Shown here one piece after another: positions 1 through 10,402 of a DNA stretch of 64,000 nt. A program made the position numbers and the translations under genes. A model generated the notes under the pieces. The model was not told the DNA's origin. It searched no databases and saw only the letters and a program-made list of their open reading frames with translations. Positions within the stretch are counted from its first letter, which is position 1, and each line of letters begins with the position of its first letter. Source of the stretch: an uncultured Actinomycetes bacterium (GTDB lineage Bacteria > Actinomycetota > UBA4738 > HRBIN12); the NCBI GenBank assembly GCA_963704725.1, contig OY969934.1, positions 2,816,001 to 2,880,000 on the forward strand. Direction: 5' to 3'.

Positions 1-195
1 CCGCCCTCACTCACCCCGACGGGACCTTCCGCGTACATCTGCACCACCGTTCGGGTGCCTACCGCGTTCGGCTCGGCCGCGAGACGCTCGCGTCCGGCGA
101 CATCTGCGGCCGGTCGAAGTCCCGCATCCGGCACCTCTGACGCGCCCGGACGGAACGCCCCTGCAGACGGGTCCCATCCGGTCTCGCAGCGCTGC

Positions 196-2697
196 TCAGC
201 CGGCTGTCTGATCGATCTGGACGTCGTCGAAGCTGGCGGTCCAGGTCTCCCCCGCCGGGCTCCCGATCTCGACACGCCCGATCGGGATCGTGCCGGTGTT
301 CGCGACCTGCCCGGTCACGATCTGCACGCCGTCCCGGTACAGATCCCACGGGCCGGCGGTACCGACGATTCCGCACAACTCCAGCTCGTGCCATCCGGAA
401 CCGAGCGCCACGCCGGAGCTGAACGTCGTGCTCGAGACGTCGGACTTGAGCTGGAGGATGCCGGAGGCGTTCACGAGCAGCCGGGCGATCGGGCCACTCC
501 CCGACGTGCGCCACCTGGTCAGGACCATCGAGCCGCTTCGAGCGGTCACGTTCACCCGGAAGCCGACGCAGAGACTCCCGTACGTCGCTCCGAGGTCCTT
601 CGTCGCGAACGCGCTCTGCGACGTCGGGTTGCCGACCGCGCTGGGCGGCGCGGGATCGCCCGCGCCGGCGTCGATCGTGAGCCGGGTGACGCTCGTCCAG
701 GCCGAGAAGCCGCCCGATGAGAAGTCGTCGGAGAAGATCGCCGACTGGACCACGATCGGATCGGAGGCGGGGCTCTGGGAGCTCGCGTTGTCCGCGGCGT
801 CGACGGCGTCGACCGTGTAGGTGTGGCTGGATCCGGGGACGAGCCCCGAGTCGGTGAACGATGCGAGCGTGGACTGCCCGATCGGCCTCCCATCGCCGTC
901 GCGGTAGATCCGATAGGTGACCGGCGGCGAGTCGTCGGTCGACTCGGCCCAGGCGATGAGGACGGTCCCGAGCGACGGGCTCGAGCCCACGGGCCGGCCG
1001 GGAACGCTCGGGGCGGTCACGTCGGGCCCGGAGCTGTCGCCGACCGCCTGGTCGACTCGCACGTCGTCGAAGTTGGCCGTCCACGTTCCCGCCACCGGGC
1101 TCCCGATCTCGACGCGACCGATCGGGGTCACGCCAGTGTTGGCGATCCAGTTCGCGACGACCGGCGCGCCGTCCCGGTACAGGCTCCACGCCCCGGACGT
1201 TCCGACCGTTCCGCAGAGCTCGAGCTTGTGCCACCCACTGCCGAGCGCGACACCCGAGGTGGATGTCACACCGGAGACGTCCGACTTCACCTGGAGGATC
1301 CCCGCGCTGTTCACGAGCATCCTGGCGACGGGGCCGCTCCCCGGGGTCCGCCACCGCGTGAGGACCATCGAGCCGGACCGGGCCGTGACGTTCACGCGGA
1401 AGCTCACGCACAGGCTGCCGTACGAGGCGCCGAGATCCTTCAGGAGGGTCGCGCTCTGAGCGGCTGCGTTTCCGAGTGCGCTCGGCGGAGAGGGATTCCC
1501 AACACCGCCGTCGATCGTGAACCGCGTCGACGACGTCCACGAGGAGAGGTTGCCCGAAGAGAACCCGTCGACGAAGATGGCGGACTCGACCGTGACGGGG
1601 CTCGAGGGCGCGCTCTGGGCGCTTGCATTGCCGACGGCGTCGACGGCGTCCACCGTGTAGGTGTGGCTCGAGCCCGGGTCGAGACCCGGGTCCGTGAACG
1701 AAGCCGTGGTCGACTGCCCGATGGGCGTCCCTCCGCCGTCCCGATAGATCCGGTACGTGATGGGCGGCGAGTCGTCGGTCGACGCGGCCCAGCTCAGCGA
1801 CACCGTGCCGAGCGCAGAGCTCGCGCCCACGGGCTGGCCGGGAACGCTCGGCGGCAGGACGTCGGGCGTCGCGTGCTCGCCGACGGCCTGATCCACACGA
1901 ACGTCGTCGAGGTTCGCCGTCCACGTACCGGCCACCGCACTGCCGATCTCCACCCGCCCGATCGGGATCGTGCCGGTGTTCGCCGTCCAGCCGGTCACGA
2001 TCTGCACCCCGTCCCGGTACAGGTCCCACGTGCCGCCGACGGTGCCGCAGAGCTCCAGCTTGTGCCAGCCGGTGCCCAGCGCGACGCCCGAGGAGAACGT
2101 GGTGGCGGCGAAGTCCGAGCGGATCTGCAGGATGCCGGAGCTCGAGAGCAGGAGCCGGACGATCGGTGCGCTCCCTGCCGTCTGCAACCTGCTCAGCACC
2201 ATGGACCCGGTACGCGCCGCCACGTTCACGCGGAAGCTGACGCACGCGTCCAGGTAGCTCGAGCCGAGCTCCTTCACCGCGAAGGCGCTCGTTCCGGCGG
2301 GGTTCCCGGCGGCGCTCGGCGCGGACGGATCGCCCACGACGTTGTCCACCGTGAGCGCGGTCACCCCGCTCCACAGCGAGAAGTCGCCGTTGGAGAAGTC
2401 ATCCGCGAAGATCGCGGAGTCGACCTCGATGGGATCGGAGCTCGTGCCGATCTCGCTCGCGTTGCCGAGGCCGTCCAGCGCCTGGACGGCGTACGTGTGC
2501 ACATCGCCCGGGTTCAGTCCCTGGTCGAGGTAGAACGTGCCCGTCACCTGGGCGACCGGCACCGGCTGCCCGTCGCGGTAGATCCGATAGAAGATCGGAG
2601 GGTTGTCGTCGGTGGAGCCGGGCCAGCTCAGCGCGATCGTCCCGGCCTCGGTGCTCAGGCCGGTCGGCTTTCCGGGAACCGTCGGTGGCGCCGTGTC
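196..2697 (-). repeat. Three ~835-bp intragenic repeats (FN3 + beta-sandwich)
   Basis: Units start at DTAPPTVPG (~2697), DVLPPSVPG (~1863) and DVTAPSVPG (~1023) with near-identical translations. Confidence 0.85.
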
Positions 2698-5600
2698 CAG
2701 CGGGACCGATGTGAACGCGAAGATGCCTCTGGACGTCCAGTTGAAGCCATCGGACGCGGGGCTCGCGAGCGTCTCCGTGCCCGGCACGGGCGCAGAACCG
2801 CCCATCACGGCGCCGTTGGCTCCGAAGTCCATGGCGTACAGGTTGCCGTCGATCCTGGCGAAGTAGAGCTTGCCGTCGACCATGGTGACGCCTCGCACCG
2901 AGCTCCAGTTGAGCCCGTCGCCGGATCCGCTCACGGTCCATACCTCGGCGCCGACGATCCGCGACTCCTGCGTGAAGTAGCGGTAGTACATCCGTGCATC
3001 GCCCTCGACCGTGTAGTAGATGCCGTGATTAGCGTAGAACATGCCCGTCAGCGTCGCGACGGGGAAGTTCGTCAGTCCGAACAGGTTCACGTCGAGCTGG
3101 GGTCCGAACAGGTTGCCGCTGAACCCGCGGGCGGTGAACCGTCCGTCGCTCCACCCCGTGTAGACGACGCTGTTGAGGGCGAAGGCGCCCCGGACGTTCG
3201 TCCAGTCGATCCCCGCGGTGGTCAGGGACTCGTGCGGCGAGAAGGCGGTCCCGTCGAACTGCCGCCGCTCGATGTGGTCGGTCGGCGTGGGCGTCACGGG
3301 CGCCACGTCCGTCCGGACGATCTCGATGGCGTTGAGCAGCGGATTCTCGGAGAAGTGGGCGAAGTCGACGTCCACGTTGCCGTCGCTCGTGACGTCGAAG
3401 GTCTTGACGGTGCCGGTCCTGTCTCCCACGTCGTCGACGATGTTGTAGTCGTCCAGGACGAGCGAGCCGTCGACCCGAACGTCGAACGCCCGCGGCGTGG
3501 CCGACCCGGGACCGGTGCAGGAGCACTGGTTGGCGAAGTACAGCCGAACCTGGGTCGGCACGCCCGACGGGACCGTGAAGTTCCACTCCATCTCGTTCCC
3601 GCCGCTCGGGTCCCACCGCTCGCTGAGGTACACCGAGGAAGGCGTGGAGGTCGGCACCGGCCCGGCGGGCTGGTACTGGACGGCGAAGGGCTGGTTGTAG
3701 GTGGCGGAGTTGCTCCCGGTCGAGTGGAAGACCGCCCCCGGCGACGAGGAGCCGCTGTCCGCGAGCCACCCCGGACCGCAGTCAGTCGCCGCGATGGCCG
3801 GACCGCCGGCGTTCACGCGCTGCAGGATCGACGGATCCGTTCCGGGGCAGGCCGGGAACGGCCCCGGCTCGACGTCGGTCCGCACAATCTCGATCGCGTT
3901 GACGATCGGATTGTTCGCCACGTGGGCGAAGTCGATGTCGACGTTCCCGTCCGCCGTGAGGTCGAACGACTTCATCGTGCCGGCGCGATGGCCCGCGTCC
4001 GGGATGATGTTGTAGTCGTCCAGCACGAGCGCGTCGTCGATCCGCACGTCGAACGCCCGCGTCGAGCCGCCCGGCCCGGTCGTACTGCTGTTGTTCGCGA
4101 AGAACAGGCGAACCTCGATTGGCGTGCCGGCGCCGACCGGAACGTTCCATTGCATCTCGTTTCCGCCGATCGAATCGGACCGATCCGTCGCGAAGACCTC
4201 GCGCGGCGTGGTGACCGGCACCGTCCCGATCGGCTGGTACCGGACGGTGTAGTCCGCGTTGAACGACTCCGCGTTAGAGCCGCTCAGGTGGAACGCAGCG
4301 CCCGGGGAGCTGTTGGTGCTGTCGCTGATCCAGTTCGGGCCGCAGTCGATCGACGGAATCTCCGGCCCGCCCGCGTTGGCCCGGAACAGTACCGACGCGT
4401 CGGGAGCGTCACAGCGCACGCCGTTGAAGTTGTACAGGTCGGCGGGGAGGTGGTACGAGGCGTCCGAGGGGACGGTCGTCCCGCCCTCCACGGGGAAGAA
4501 CGCGATCTTGCGGTGGGTCTCACCGCCGATGTGGTCCGTGTCGCTGCCCACCCACAGCCCCGCGGGCGTGGACACGAGCGCGAAGACACCCTTGCCGCGG
4601 TCGCGGCCGGGGTTCCAGGACAGCGGGACCCCGTTGGCGGGATCGAGCGCGGCGATCCCCTCGCGCACGACCGCCCCCGGGCCGACGCGGTCGCCGGCGA
4701 AGGGGTTGTTGAACCAGCGGTTGTGTCCCGCGGCGTAGATCGCGATTCCGGTGATGGCGACGGTGTGGATCGAGTCGCCGCCCGTGTAGTCGACCCAGGT
4801 CGGCTGGAGGGCGGAGCCCGAGGCGTCCGAGGGCCACCGCGAGACCGTGTCACACAGCGTGGCGGCCGAGTACGCCCCGGTCGTCCCGATGACGAAGTAC
4901 GAGCCGTCGGCGGAAAACTCGACGTCGCGCATGTACGTGTCGAAGGTCGACGAGCACATCGGCGTGAACCGATCGGTGGACCAGTCGGCGACGCTTGCGG
5001 GGGTCGTCGTCAGGTCGATGACGCCGGCCTGCCACCGGGTGAGCCCGGCGATCTTCGTGAAGTTGCCCAGCACGACGAGCCTCGTCCCGTCCGGGCTCAC
5101 CGCGATGTCGGTGATCCACGGGGGGTCGGTGGGCCGCCGCGGGTCCGTCACCGGGAGGTCGAAGTTGGGATCCGGGTCGCCGTTCGTGGCGTTGACGGCG
5201 GCCAGGAGCGAGCGCGGCGTCTGCTTGATCTGGAGGAACCGGCCCGCCACGTACAGCGTGTTGCCGAACACCTCGAGGTCGGTCACGGGATCGTCGGGCG
5301 AGGATCGGAATTGGTTGATCCTGGTCCCGGTGTTCGCGTCGAGCTTGACCAGCCGCCGGACGTTCTCACCGTTCACGGTGCTGAACGCGCCCCCGACGAA
5401 GACGTTGCCGTCCGGCGCCAGCTCGAGCGCGTTGACGGTCCCGATGATCGAAGCGTTGAAGGCGGGGTCGATGGCCCCCGTGGTGGCGTCGAACGCGAAG
5501 ATGTTGTCCTTGGCGATGGCGGGGCCGCCGCTCGCGGCCTGGACCTGGGTGAACTCGCCGGCGGCCACGATGCGCCCCCCAACCGGCAGGATGGCGTTGA

Positions 5601-5766
5601 TGACCCCGTCCAGCACGTGGGGTGTCCAGTCGACCGGGTTCGACGAGACGACGACCGCGTGCGGCGTGTTCTGGACGGCTCCCGCCGGGACGGGCACGCC
5701 GAATGTCGCGAGCACGATCACGATCAGGGACGCCGAGAGCCCGGCGCGGCGAGGGCGAGACGACAT
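196..5766 (-). CDS. Large secreted multidomain surface protein: beta-propeller-like N-terminus, two malectin-like domains, three FN3 + beta-sandwich repeats
   Basis: ATG 5766 after GAGGAG; signal peptide MSSRPRR...VPAGA; two NAGG...VRL(F/Y)FAN...FDVR.D..LVLDDYNI units; three PP(T/S)VPG.P...W..STDD...Y.IYRD units. Confidence 0.8.
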   Translation of the reverse strand: MSSRPRRAGLSASLIVIVLATFGVPVPAGAVQNTPHAVVVSSNPVDWTPHVLDGVINAILPVGGRIVAAGEFTQVQAASGGPAIAKDNIFAFDATTGAIDPAFNASIIGTVNALELAPDGNVFVGGAFSTVNGENVRRLVKLDANTGTRINQFRSSPDDPVTDLEVFGNTLYVAGRFLQIKQTPRSLLAAVNATNGDPDPNFDLPVTDPRRPTDPPWITDIAVSPDGTRLVVLGNFTKIAGLTRWQAGVIDLTTTPASVADWSTDRFTPMCSSTFDTYMRDVEFSADGSYFVIGTTGAYSAATLCDTVSRWPSDASGSALQPTWVDYTGGDSIHTVAITGIAIYAAGHNRWFNNPFAGDRVGPGAVVREGIAALDPANGVPLSWNPGRDRGKGVFALVSTPAGLWVGSDTDHIGGETHRKIAFFPVEGGTTVPSDASYHLPADLYNFNGVRCDAPDASVLFRANAGGPEIPSIDCGPNWISDSTNSSPGAAFHLSGSNAESFNADYTVRYQPIGTVPVTTPREVFATDRSDSIGGNEMQWNVPVGAGTPIEVRLFFANNSSTTGPGGSTRAFDVRIDDALVLDDYNIIPDAGHRAGTMKSFDLTADGNVDIDFAHVANNPIVNAIEIVRTDVEPGPFPACPGTDPSILQRVNAGGPAIAATDCGPGWLADSGSSSPGAVFHSTGSNSATYNQPFAVQYQPAGPVPTSTPSSVYLSERWDPSGGNEMEWNFTVPSGVPTQVRLYFANQCSCTGPGSATPRAFDVRVDGSLVLDDYNIVDDVGDRTGTVKTFDVTSDGNVDVDFAHFSENPLLNAIEIVRTDVAPVTPTPTDHIERRQFDGTAFSPHESLTTAGIDWTNVRGAFALNSVVYTGWSDGRFTARGFSGNLFGPQLDVNLFGLTNFPVATLTGMFYANHGIYYTVEGDARMYYRYFTQESRIVGAEVWTVSGSGDGLNWSSVRGVTMVDGKLYFARIDGNLYAMDFGANGAVMGGSAPVPGTETLASPASDGFNWTSRGIFAFTSVPLDTAPPTVPGKPTGLSTEAGTIALSWPGSTDDNPPIFYRIYRDGQPVPVAQVTGTFYLDQGLNPGDVHTYAVQALDGLGNASEIGTSSDPIEVDSAIFADDFSNGDFSLWSGVTALTVDNVVGDPSAPSAAGNPAGTSAFAVKELGSSYLDACVSFRVNVAARTGSMVLSRLQTAGSAPIVRLLLSSSGILQIRSDFAATTFSSGVALGTGWHKLELCGTVGGTWDLYRDGVQIVTGWTANTGTIPIGRVEIGSAVAGTWTANLDDVRVDQAVGEHATPDVLPPSVPGQPVGASSALGTVSLSWAASTDDSPPITYRIYRDGGGTPIGQSTTASFTDPGLDPGSSHTYTVDAVDAVGNASAQSAPSSPVTVESAIFVDGFSSGNLSSWTSSTRFTIDGGVGNPSPPSALGNAAAQSATLLKDLGASYGSLCVSFRVNVTARSGSMVLTRWRTPGSGPVARMLVNSAGILQVKSDVSGVTSTSGVALGSGWHKLELCGTVGTSGAWSLYRDGAPVVANWIANTGVTPIGRVEIGSPVAGTWTANFDDVRVDQAVGDSSGPDVTAPSVPGRPVGSSPSLGTVLIAWAESTDDSPPVTYRIYRDGDGRPIGQSTLASFTDSGLVPGSSHTYTVDAVDAADNASSQSPASDPIVVQSAIFSDDFSSGGFSAWTSVTRLTIDAGAGDPAPPSAVGNPTSQSAFATKDLGATYGSLCVGFRVNVTARSGSMVLTRWRTSGSGPIARLLVNASGILQLKSDVSSTTFSSGVALGSGWHELELCGIVGTAGPWDLYRDGVQIVTGQVANTGTIPIGRVEIGSPAGETWTASFDDVQIDQTAG
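3310..4395 (-). repeat. Tandem duplicated malectin-like domains
   Basis: Two copies of RxNAGGP.I...DCGP.W..DS...SPGA.FH..GSN...ITVRT-like block ending NAIEIVRTDV; boundaries approximate. Confidence 0.75.
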
Positions 5767-6222
5767 CGGTTCCTCCTCGATCAGTGAGACGCGGGCGGGG
5801 CGATCGGCTGCAATCCGGACCCGGCGACGGGCAGCACGAAGCAGGCGCGTCGATCGGTCGATGGCGAAAACGACTCCCCTGCACTGCCCGTCGTAGGTCA
5901 CCCACCCTACCGGGGGCAGGTGGGCCCGGCTACGGCAGATGGTCCATACCTCGGCTCCACCGGTGGACCGGAACGTGAGCGGACGGCCTACGCCCTTCGC
6001 GGATCGGCGGGCGGGAGCGTTCGGGGCCGTGTTGCGGAGACGTGGAGTTTCGACGCACCCAACCCGCTCCCCACCGCCTCCCGCGAACCGCGCCGGGCAC
6101 GCAACCCGGCCCTTCTGCGCCGTCCTAGGCCGTTCGGAGTCGCACCTGCTCCCGACGGGTCATTGGGTGAGCAGCGGAGGCGGCGTATCATCGGCCGCAG
6201 CGAGCCAGCCTCTGGAGAGTCG

Positions 6223-7923
6223 ATGCCACCCCGAGATCCCTTCCTTCCCGTCCGCGACGACGGCATTGAGATCCAGGACTACCTGGAGGTCCTGCGGCGC
6301 CAAGCCCTCACGATCTCCCTGATCGCGATCATCGGCCTCGGCCTCGCGCTCGCGTACTCCGTTTCCCAGACCCCGACCTACACGGCGCGGACCGCGGTCT
6401 TGGTCCAGCCGCCGATGTCGAGCCAGGGCGTTCGCCTGGACCAGGCGATCAGCCTGGACACCGAGGCCCGCATCGTGACGTCGGCCCCCATCGCCCAGCT
6501 GGCCAAGGAGTCCCTGGGCACGACGATGACCATCACCCAACTCCTCAAGCACGTGAGCGTGGAAACGGCGCCCGACACCTTCATCCTGGACGTCCTGTAC
6601 TCCGACACCAAGCCGGTGGTCGCCGCGCAGGGAGCCAACGCCTTCGCCAACGGTTACCTCGAGTACAAGCGGAAGCAGGCGCTCGACAACATCGCCCAGC
6701 AGCGAGCCGTGATCGAGGACCAGATCTCCGAGCTCCGCTCGGTCGAGCGCGAGCAGAACGCGATCATCGAGCAGAGCACGCCGGGATCGCCCGAGTACGT
6801 CGCCGCCCAGGACCAGCTGAGCCGGATCGACGTCCAGATGGCCCTGTTCACGTCGCAGCTCGTGACGGTCGGCGGGGTCGTGGACCCGGGGAGCGTGATC
6901 CTGCCCGCGATGCCCCCCGCCTCTCCCTCGAGCCCCAAGCACGCGATGAACGGGGCCGTCGGCCTGTTCCTCGGCCTGTTCCTGGGGATCGTCGTGGCGT
7001 TCCTGCGGGACCGGGCGGACGATCGCATCCACGATCGGCGGGACCTGGCCCTGTACCTGCCGCTGCCGGTCCTCGCCTACGTCCCCCGGGTGCGGCCGCA
7101 GCAGGTGGGGGCCCGCCTGGTCGTCGAGAGCGACCCGAGGAGCCCCGCGGCGGAGTCCTACCGGACCGCCCGGACCGCGGTGCTCGCCATGGCGGCGCGC
7201 CGCAACATCAACGTGCTCGCGATCGTCAGCCCGATGCAGGGCGAGGGCAAGTCCACGACCGCCGCCAACCTGGCGACGGCCCTGTCCCACGCCGACAAGA
7301 ACGTACTGGTCGTGTCGGTCGACCTCAGGAAGCCTCACGTCCACGAGTTCTTCGGCGTGACCAACGACATCGGCCTGAGCGAGGTGCTGCGCGGCGACCT
7401 GGAAATCACGGACGCCATCGCCAAGAGCCGGCTTCCGAACGTCTGGGTCCTGCCCGGAGGTCACGCGCCGACCCATCCGGCGGAGCTGCTCCAGTCGCCC
7501 GCGCTGGCCGCCGGCTTCGCCCAGCTCCGCGACGCGTTCGACTTCGTCGTCCTGGACTGCCCCCCGGTCCTGGGGCTGTCCGACTGCCTGGCCGTGGTCC
7601 CGCTCGCCGACGCCGTCTTCGTCGTGGTGCGGGCCGAACAGTCCCGCGGCGGCGCGATCGTCGAGGCCTGCGATCAGCTGGCGCGGGTGGGGGCGCGGTT
7701 CGAGGGCGCGTTCGTCAACGGCATCCGCCTCCCCCGAGGGTGGAGGCAGCACTACGGGTACTACTCGGCGCCGCCCCAGCACCTCGAATTCGAACAGGGC
7801 CCTACCAGCCCACGCCACCTCGGCCCCCGCCCCGCTCCCGAGATCCAGGGGCGGAGCCTCAAGCGGCCGACCCGGCTGGGCGACGACAAATCGGGACGCC
7901 GCGCCGCGAGCGACGAAGGCTGA
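6223..7923 (+). CDS. Wzz/Wzc-like polysaccharide copolymerase-tyrosine autokinase
   Basis: Wzz-like N-terminus with two TM helices, Walker A GEGKST, DLRKP, VVLDCPP, C-terminal HYGYY cluster; ATG 6223 after GGAGAG. Confidence 0.85.
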   Translation: MPPRDPFLPVRDDGIEIQDYLEVLRRQALTISLIAIIGLGLALAYSVSQTPTYTARTAVLVQPPMSSQGVRLDQAISLDTEARIVTSAPIAQLAKESLGTTMTITQLLKHVSVETAPDTFILDVLYSDTKPVVAAQGANAFANGYLEYKRKQALDNIAQQRAVIEDQISELRSVEREQNAIIEQSTPGSPEYVAAQDQLSRIDVQMALFTSQLVTVGGVVDPGSVILPAMPPASPSSPKHAMNGAVGLFLGLFLGIVVAFLRDRADDRIHDRRDLALYLPLPVLAYVPRVRPQQVGARLVVESDPRSPAAESYRTARTAVLAMAARRNINVLAIVSPMQGEGKSTTAANLATALSHADKNVLVVSVDLRKPHVHEFFGVTNDIGLSEVLRGDLEITDAIAKSRLPNVWVLPGGHAPTHPAELLQSPALAAGFAQLRDAFDFVVLDCPPVLGLSDCLAVVPLADAVFVVVRAEQSRGGAIVEACDQLARVGARFEGAFVNGIRLPRGWRQHYGYYSAPPQHLEFEQGPTSPRHLGPRPAPEIQGRSLKRPTRLGDDKSGRRAASDEG

Positions 7924-7951
7924 GAGCGGAGCGGGCTGGGGCGGGCGGGGC

Positions 7952-8794
7952 CTAGTAGGCGCCGCGTCCGGAAACGACCGCGGGAATGGTCTGCAGCAGG
8001 ATCCTGAGATCCTCGCGAACCGTCCAGGACTGGATGTACGCCAGGTCCATCTCGACCCAGGTCTCGAAGTCGAGGTCCGACCGCCCGCTCACCTGCCACA
8101 CGCAGGTGATCCCCGGGGTCACCGCAAGGCGCTGACGCTCCCGAGCACCGTAGGTCGCGTACTCGTCCGGAAGCGGTGGGCGCGGACCGACCAGGCTCAT
8201 GTCCCCCTTCAGCACGTTGATGAGCTGAGGCAGCTCGTCCACCGAGAGCTTGCGGATGAGGTGTCCCACGCTCGTGATCCGCGGGTCGTTCGGGATCTTG
8301 AAGATCGGTCCGGTGGCCTGGTTCAGGTGAACGATGTCCCCGCGATCCTCGTGGGCGTCCACGCGCATGGACCGGAACTTGAGCATCCGGAACGGCTCTC
8401 CGTCCCGCCCGATCCGCTTCTGCATGTACAGAACCGGTCCCCGAGAGGAGACGGCGACGGCACATGCCGTGACCAACAGGAGGGGCAGCAGGAGGACGAT
8501 CAGGAGCGCGCTGCCGACGATATCGATGCCGCGCTTCACGAAGAGCTGCCAGGATGCCGCCCCGAGCAACCCCCGGCGCTCGCGATGCCGCGCCGGGGCC
8601 TCGAGGACGACCAGATCGGTGGTCAGGTCCAGGACCGTCTCACCGCCGCCGCCCGACAGGGCGAGCCCGCCGATCGTGGGGGATGTCTCAACTGCCGAAA
8701 CCGAAAGCGAATCTGGAAACTGGGTGCCTTCGAGCCCCAGTGGACCGTTGCTCAAGTGCCTGCCCCTTCCGTGCCTGATTGCCCCCGAAAACAT
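7952..8794 (-). CDS. Priming sugar transferase (polyprenyl glycosylphosphotransferase, Bac_transf)
   Basis: KRGIDIVGS, KFRSM, DPRIT.VG..IRKLSVDELPQLINVLKGDMSLVGPRP; start uncertain. Confidence 0.9.
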   Translation of the reverse strand: MFSGAIRHGRGRHLSNGPLGLEGTQFPDSLSVSAVETSPTIGGLALSGGGGETVLDLTTDLVVLEAPARHRERRGLLGAASWQLFVKRGIDIVGSALLIVLLLPLLLVTACAVAVSSRGPVLYMQKRIGRDGEPFRMLKFRSMRVDAHEDRGDIVHLNQATGPIFKIPNDPRITSVGHLIRKLSVDELPQLINVLKGDMSLVGPRPPLPDEYATYGARERQRLAVTPGITCVWQVSGRSDLDFETWVEMDLAYIQSWTVREDLRILLQTIPAVVSGRGAY

Positions 8795-9080
8795 GAGGGT
8801 CGCTACCCCGAAGGTCCATCACCCCCCCGTTGGCGAAGGACCCGGCCGGTGACCCCCCGACCTCCGAGTATTGTGGGTCACCGGGGTTACAGCATCCTCG
8901 TGCAAATGAGTGATTCCTGGGCCATCCCTTAGTCCTAAGCCGCGTGCCGATTCCGAGCTATCCGGAGGCGCCGCGGGCTCGACTCGGGCCGGGCCCGAGA
9001 GGCCCAGGGTCCCGAGGACCAGCCAACCGTTGCGCTGAGGCGGTCCCCGCCCGGCCAAGAGAGGGGCCGGACCGCTCGGC

Positions 9081-10241
9081 TCAGTGCCCCATCCCGACCC
9101 GCTGCGCGGTCTGGTAGGTCTTGCCCTCGGTCTTGATGGAAGGGGCCACGACCAGCTCCGCCTTCTGGAACTCGCGGATCGTCGCGTAGCCCGTGGTGGC
9201 CATCGACGTGGCGAGCGCGCCGAACAGGTTGAACGTGCCGTCGTTCTCGTGGGCGGGCCCGACGAGGATCTCCTCGAGCGAGGCCGTCTGCTGCATCTTC
9301 ACCCGTGCTCCTCTCGGCAGGCTCGGATGGAACGTCGCCATGCCCCAGTGGTAGCCGCGGCCGGGGGCCTCGTAGGCCCGCGTGAGGGGGGACCCGATCA
9401 TGACGGCGTCCGCCCCGCAGGCGACCGCCTTGGCGAGGTCGCCGCCCGTGCGCATCCCGCCGTCCGCGATGACGTGGCAGTAGCGCCCGGTCTCGCGCAG
9501 GTGCTCCATCCTGGCCGCCGCGGCGTCGGCGATCGCCGTGGCCTGGGGCACGCCCACGCCCAGGACGCCGCGGGTGGTGCACGCGTTCCCCGGTCCCACG
9601 CCGACCAGGACCCCCACCGCACCGGTCCTCATGAGGTGCAGGGCCGTCGTGTACGAGGCACAGCCGCCGACGATCACCGGCAGGTCGAACGTCCGGATGA
9701 ACTCCTTGAGGTTCAGCGGCTCCGTCTGGCTGGAGACGTGCTCGGCGGAGACCACCGTTCCCTGGATCACCAGGATGTCGAGACCGGCCTCGAGCACGAG
9801 CTTCGCGTAGCGCTCGACCCGCTGGGGGGTGAGCGAGGCGCAGCTCGTGACCCCGGCCTCCTTGATCTCGCGGATCCGGTCGCCGACGAGCTCCTCCTTC
9901 ACCGGCTCCCGGTAGAGCTCCTGCATGCGGCGGGTGGCCTTCTCGTCCGGCAGCGAGGCGATCTCCTCGTAGACGGGCTCCGGGTCCTCGTACCGGGTCC
10001 ACAGCCCCTCGAGGTTCAGGCACGCGCTCCCGCCGAGGCGGGCGATCCGGGTGGCGGTCGCGGGCGACACCGCCGCGTCCATCGCGCTGGCCATCATCGG
10101 GAGGCGGAAGGTGTAGGCGTCGATCTCCCACGAGATGTCGACGTCGTCGGGATCCCGAGTTCGGCGGGACGGCACGATCGCCACCTCGTCGAACCCGTAG
10201 GCCCGCCGCGCGACCTTCGCCTTGCCGATCTCGATCTCCAT
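9081..10241 (-). CDS. guaB3: GuaB3-family IMP dehydrogenase-related protein
   Basis: MEIEIGKAK.ARRAYGFDEVAIVPSRRTRDP, GVGPGNACTTRGVLGVG, VIADGG. Confidence 0.9.
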   Translation of the reverse strand: MEIEIGKAKVARRAYGFDEVAIVPSRRTRDPDDVDISWEIDAYTFRLPMMASAMDAAVSPATATRIARLGGSACLNLEGLWTRYEDPEPVYEEIASLPDEKATRRMQELYREPVKEELVGDRIREIKEAGVTSCASLTPQRVERYAKLVLEAGLDILVIQGTVVSAEHVSSQTEPLNLKEFIRTFDLPVIVGGCASYTTALHLMRTGAVGVLVGVGPGNACTTRGVLGVGVPQATAIADAAAARMEHLRETGRYCHVIADGGMRTGGDLAKAVACGADAVMIGSPLTRAYEAPGRGYHWGMATFHPSLPRGARVKMQQTASLEEILVGPAHENDGTFNLFGALATSMATTGYATIREFQKAELVVAPSIKTEGKTYQTAQRVGMGH

Positions 10242-10402
10242 GCCGCTTCCCCCGTTCCGAACCCGGCCCCAACAGCCCCGGATATGCAGCGGCGCCCACC
10301 CGCTCGCCGGATGGGCGCCGTCTCACTCCATCAACGGAAGGTACCACGGCCCACCGGCGGCTCTGGGGCTTCCGGAGACGCGGATCGGAGTCTGCCCGCC
10401 GC

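Noticed and set aside
823-5787. 1654-aa plus-strand ORF and many other long overlapping ORFs in the track
   Set aside because: Antisense or off-frame shadows of recognisable genes; Arg/Gly/Pro-rich with no motifs, as expected at very high GC
8870-8915. BldD box upstream of the priming transferase
   Set aside because: Only half-site matches (GTCAC...GTTAC; TGAGTGA); insufficient support
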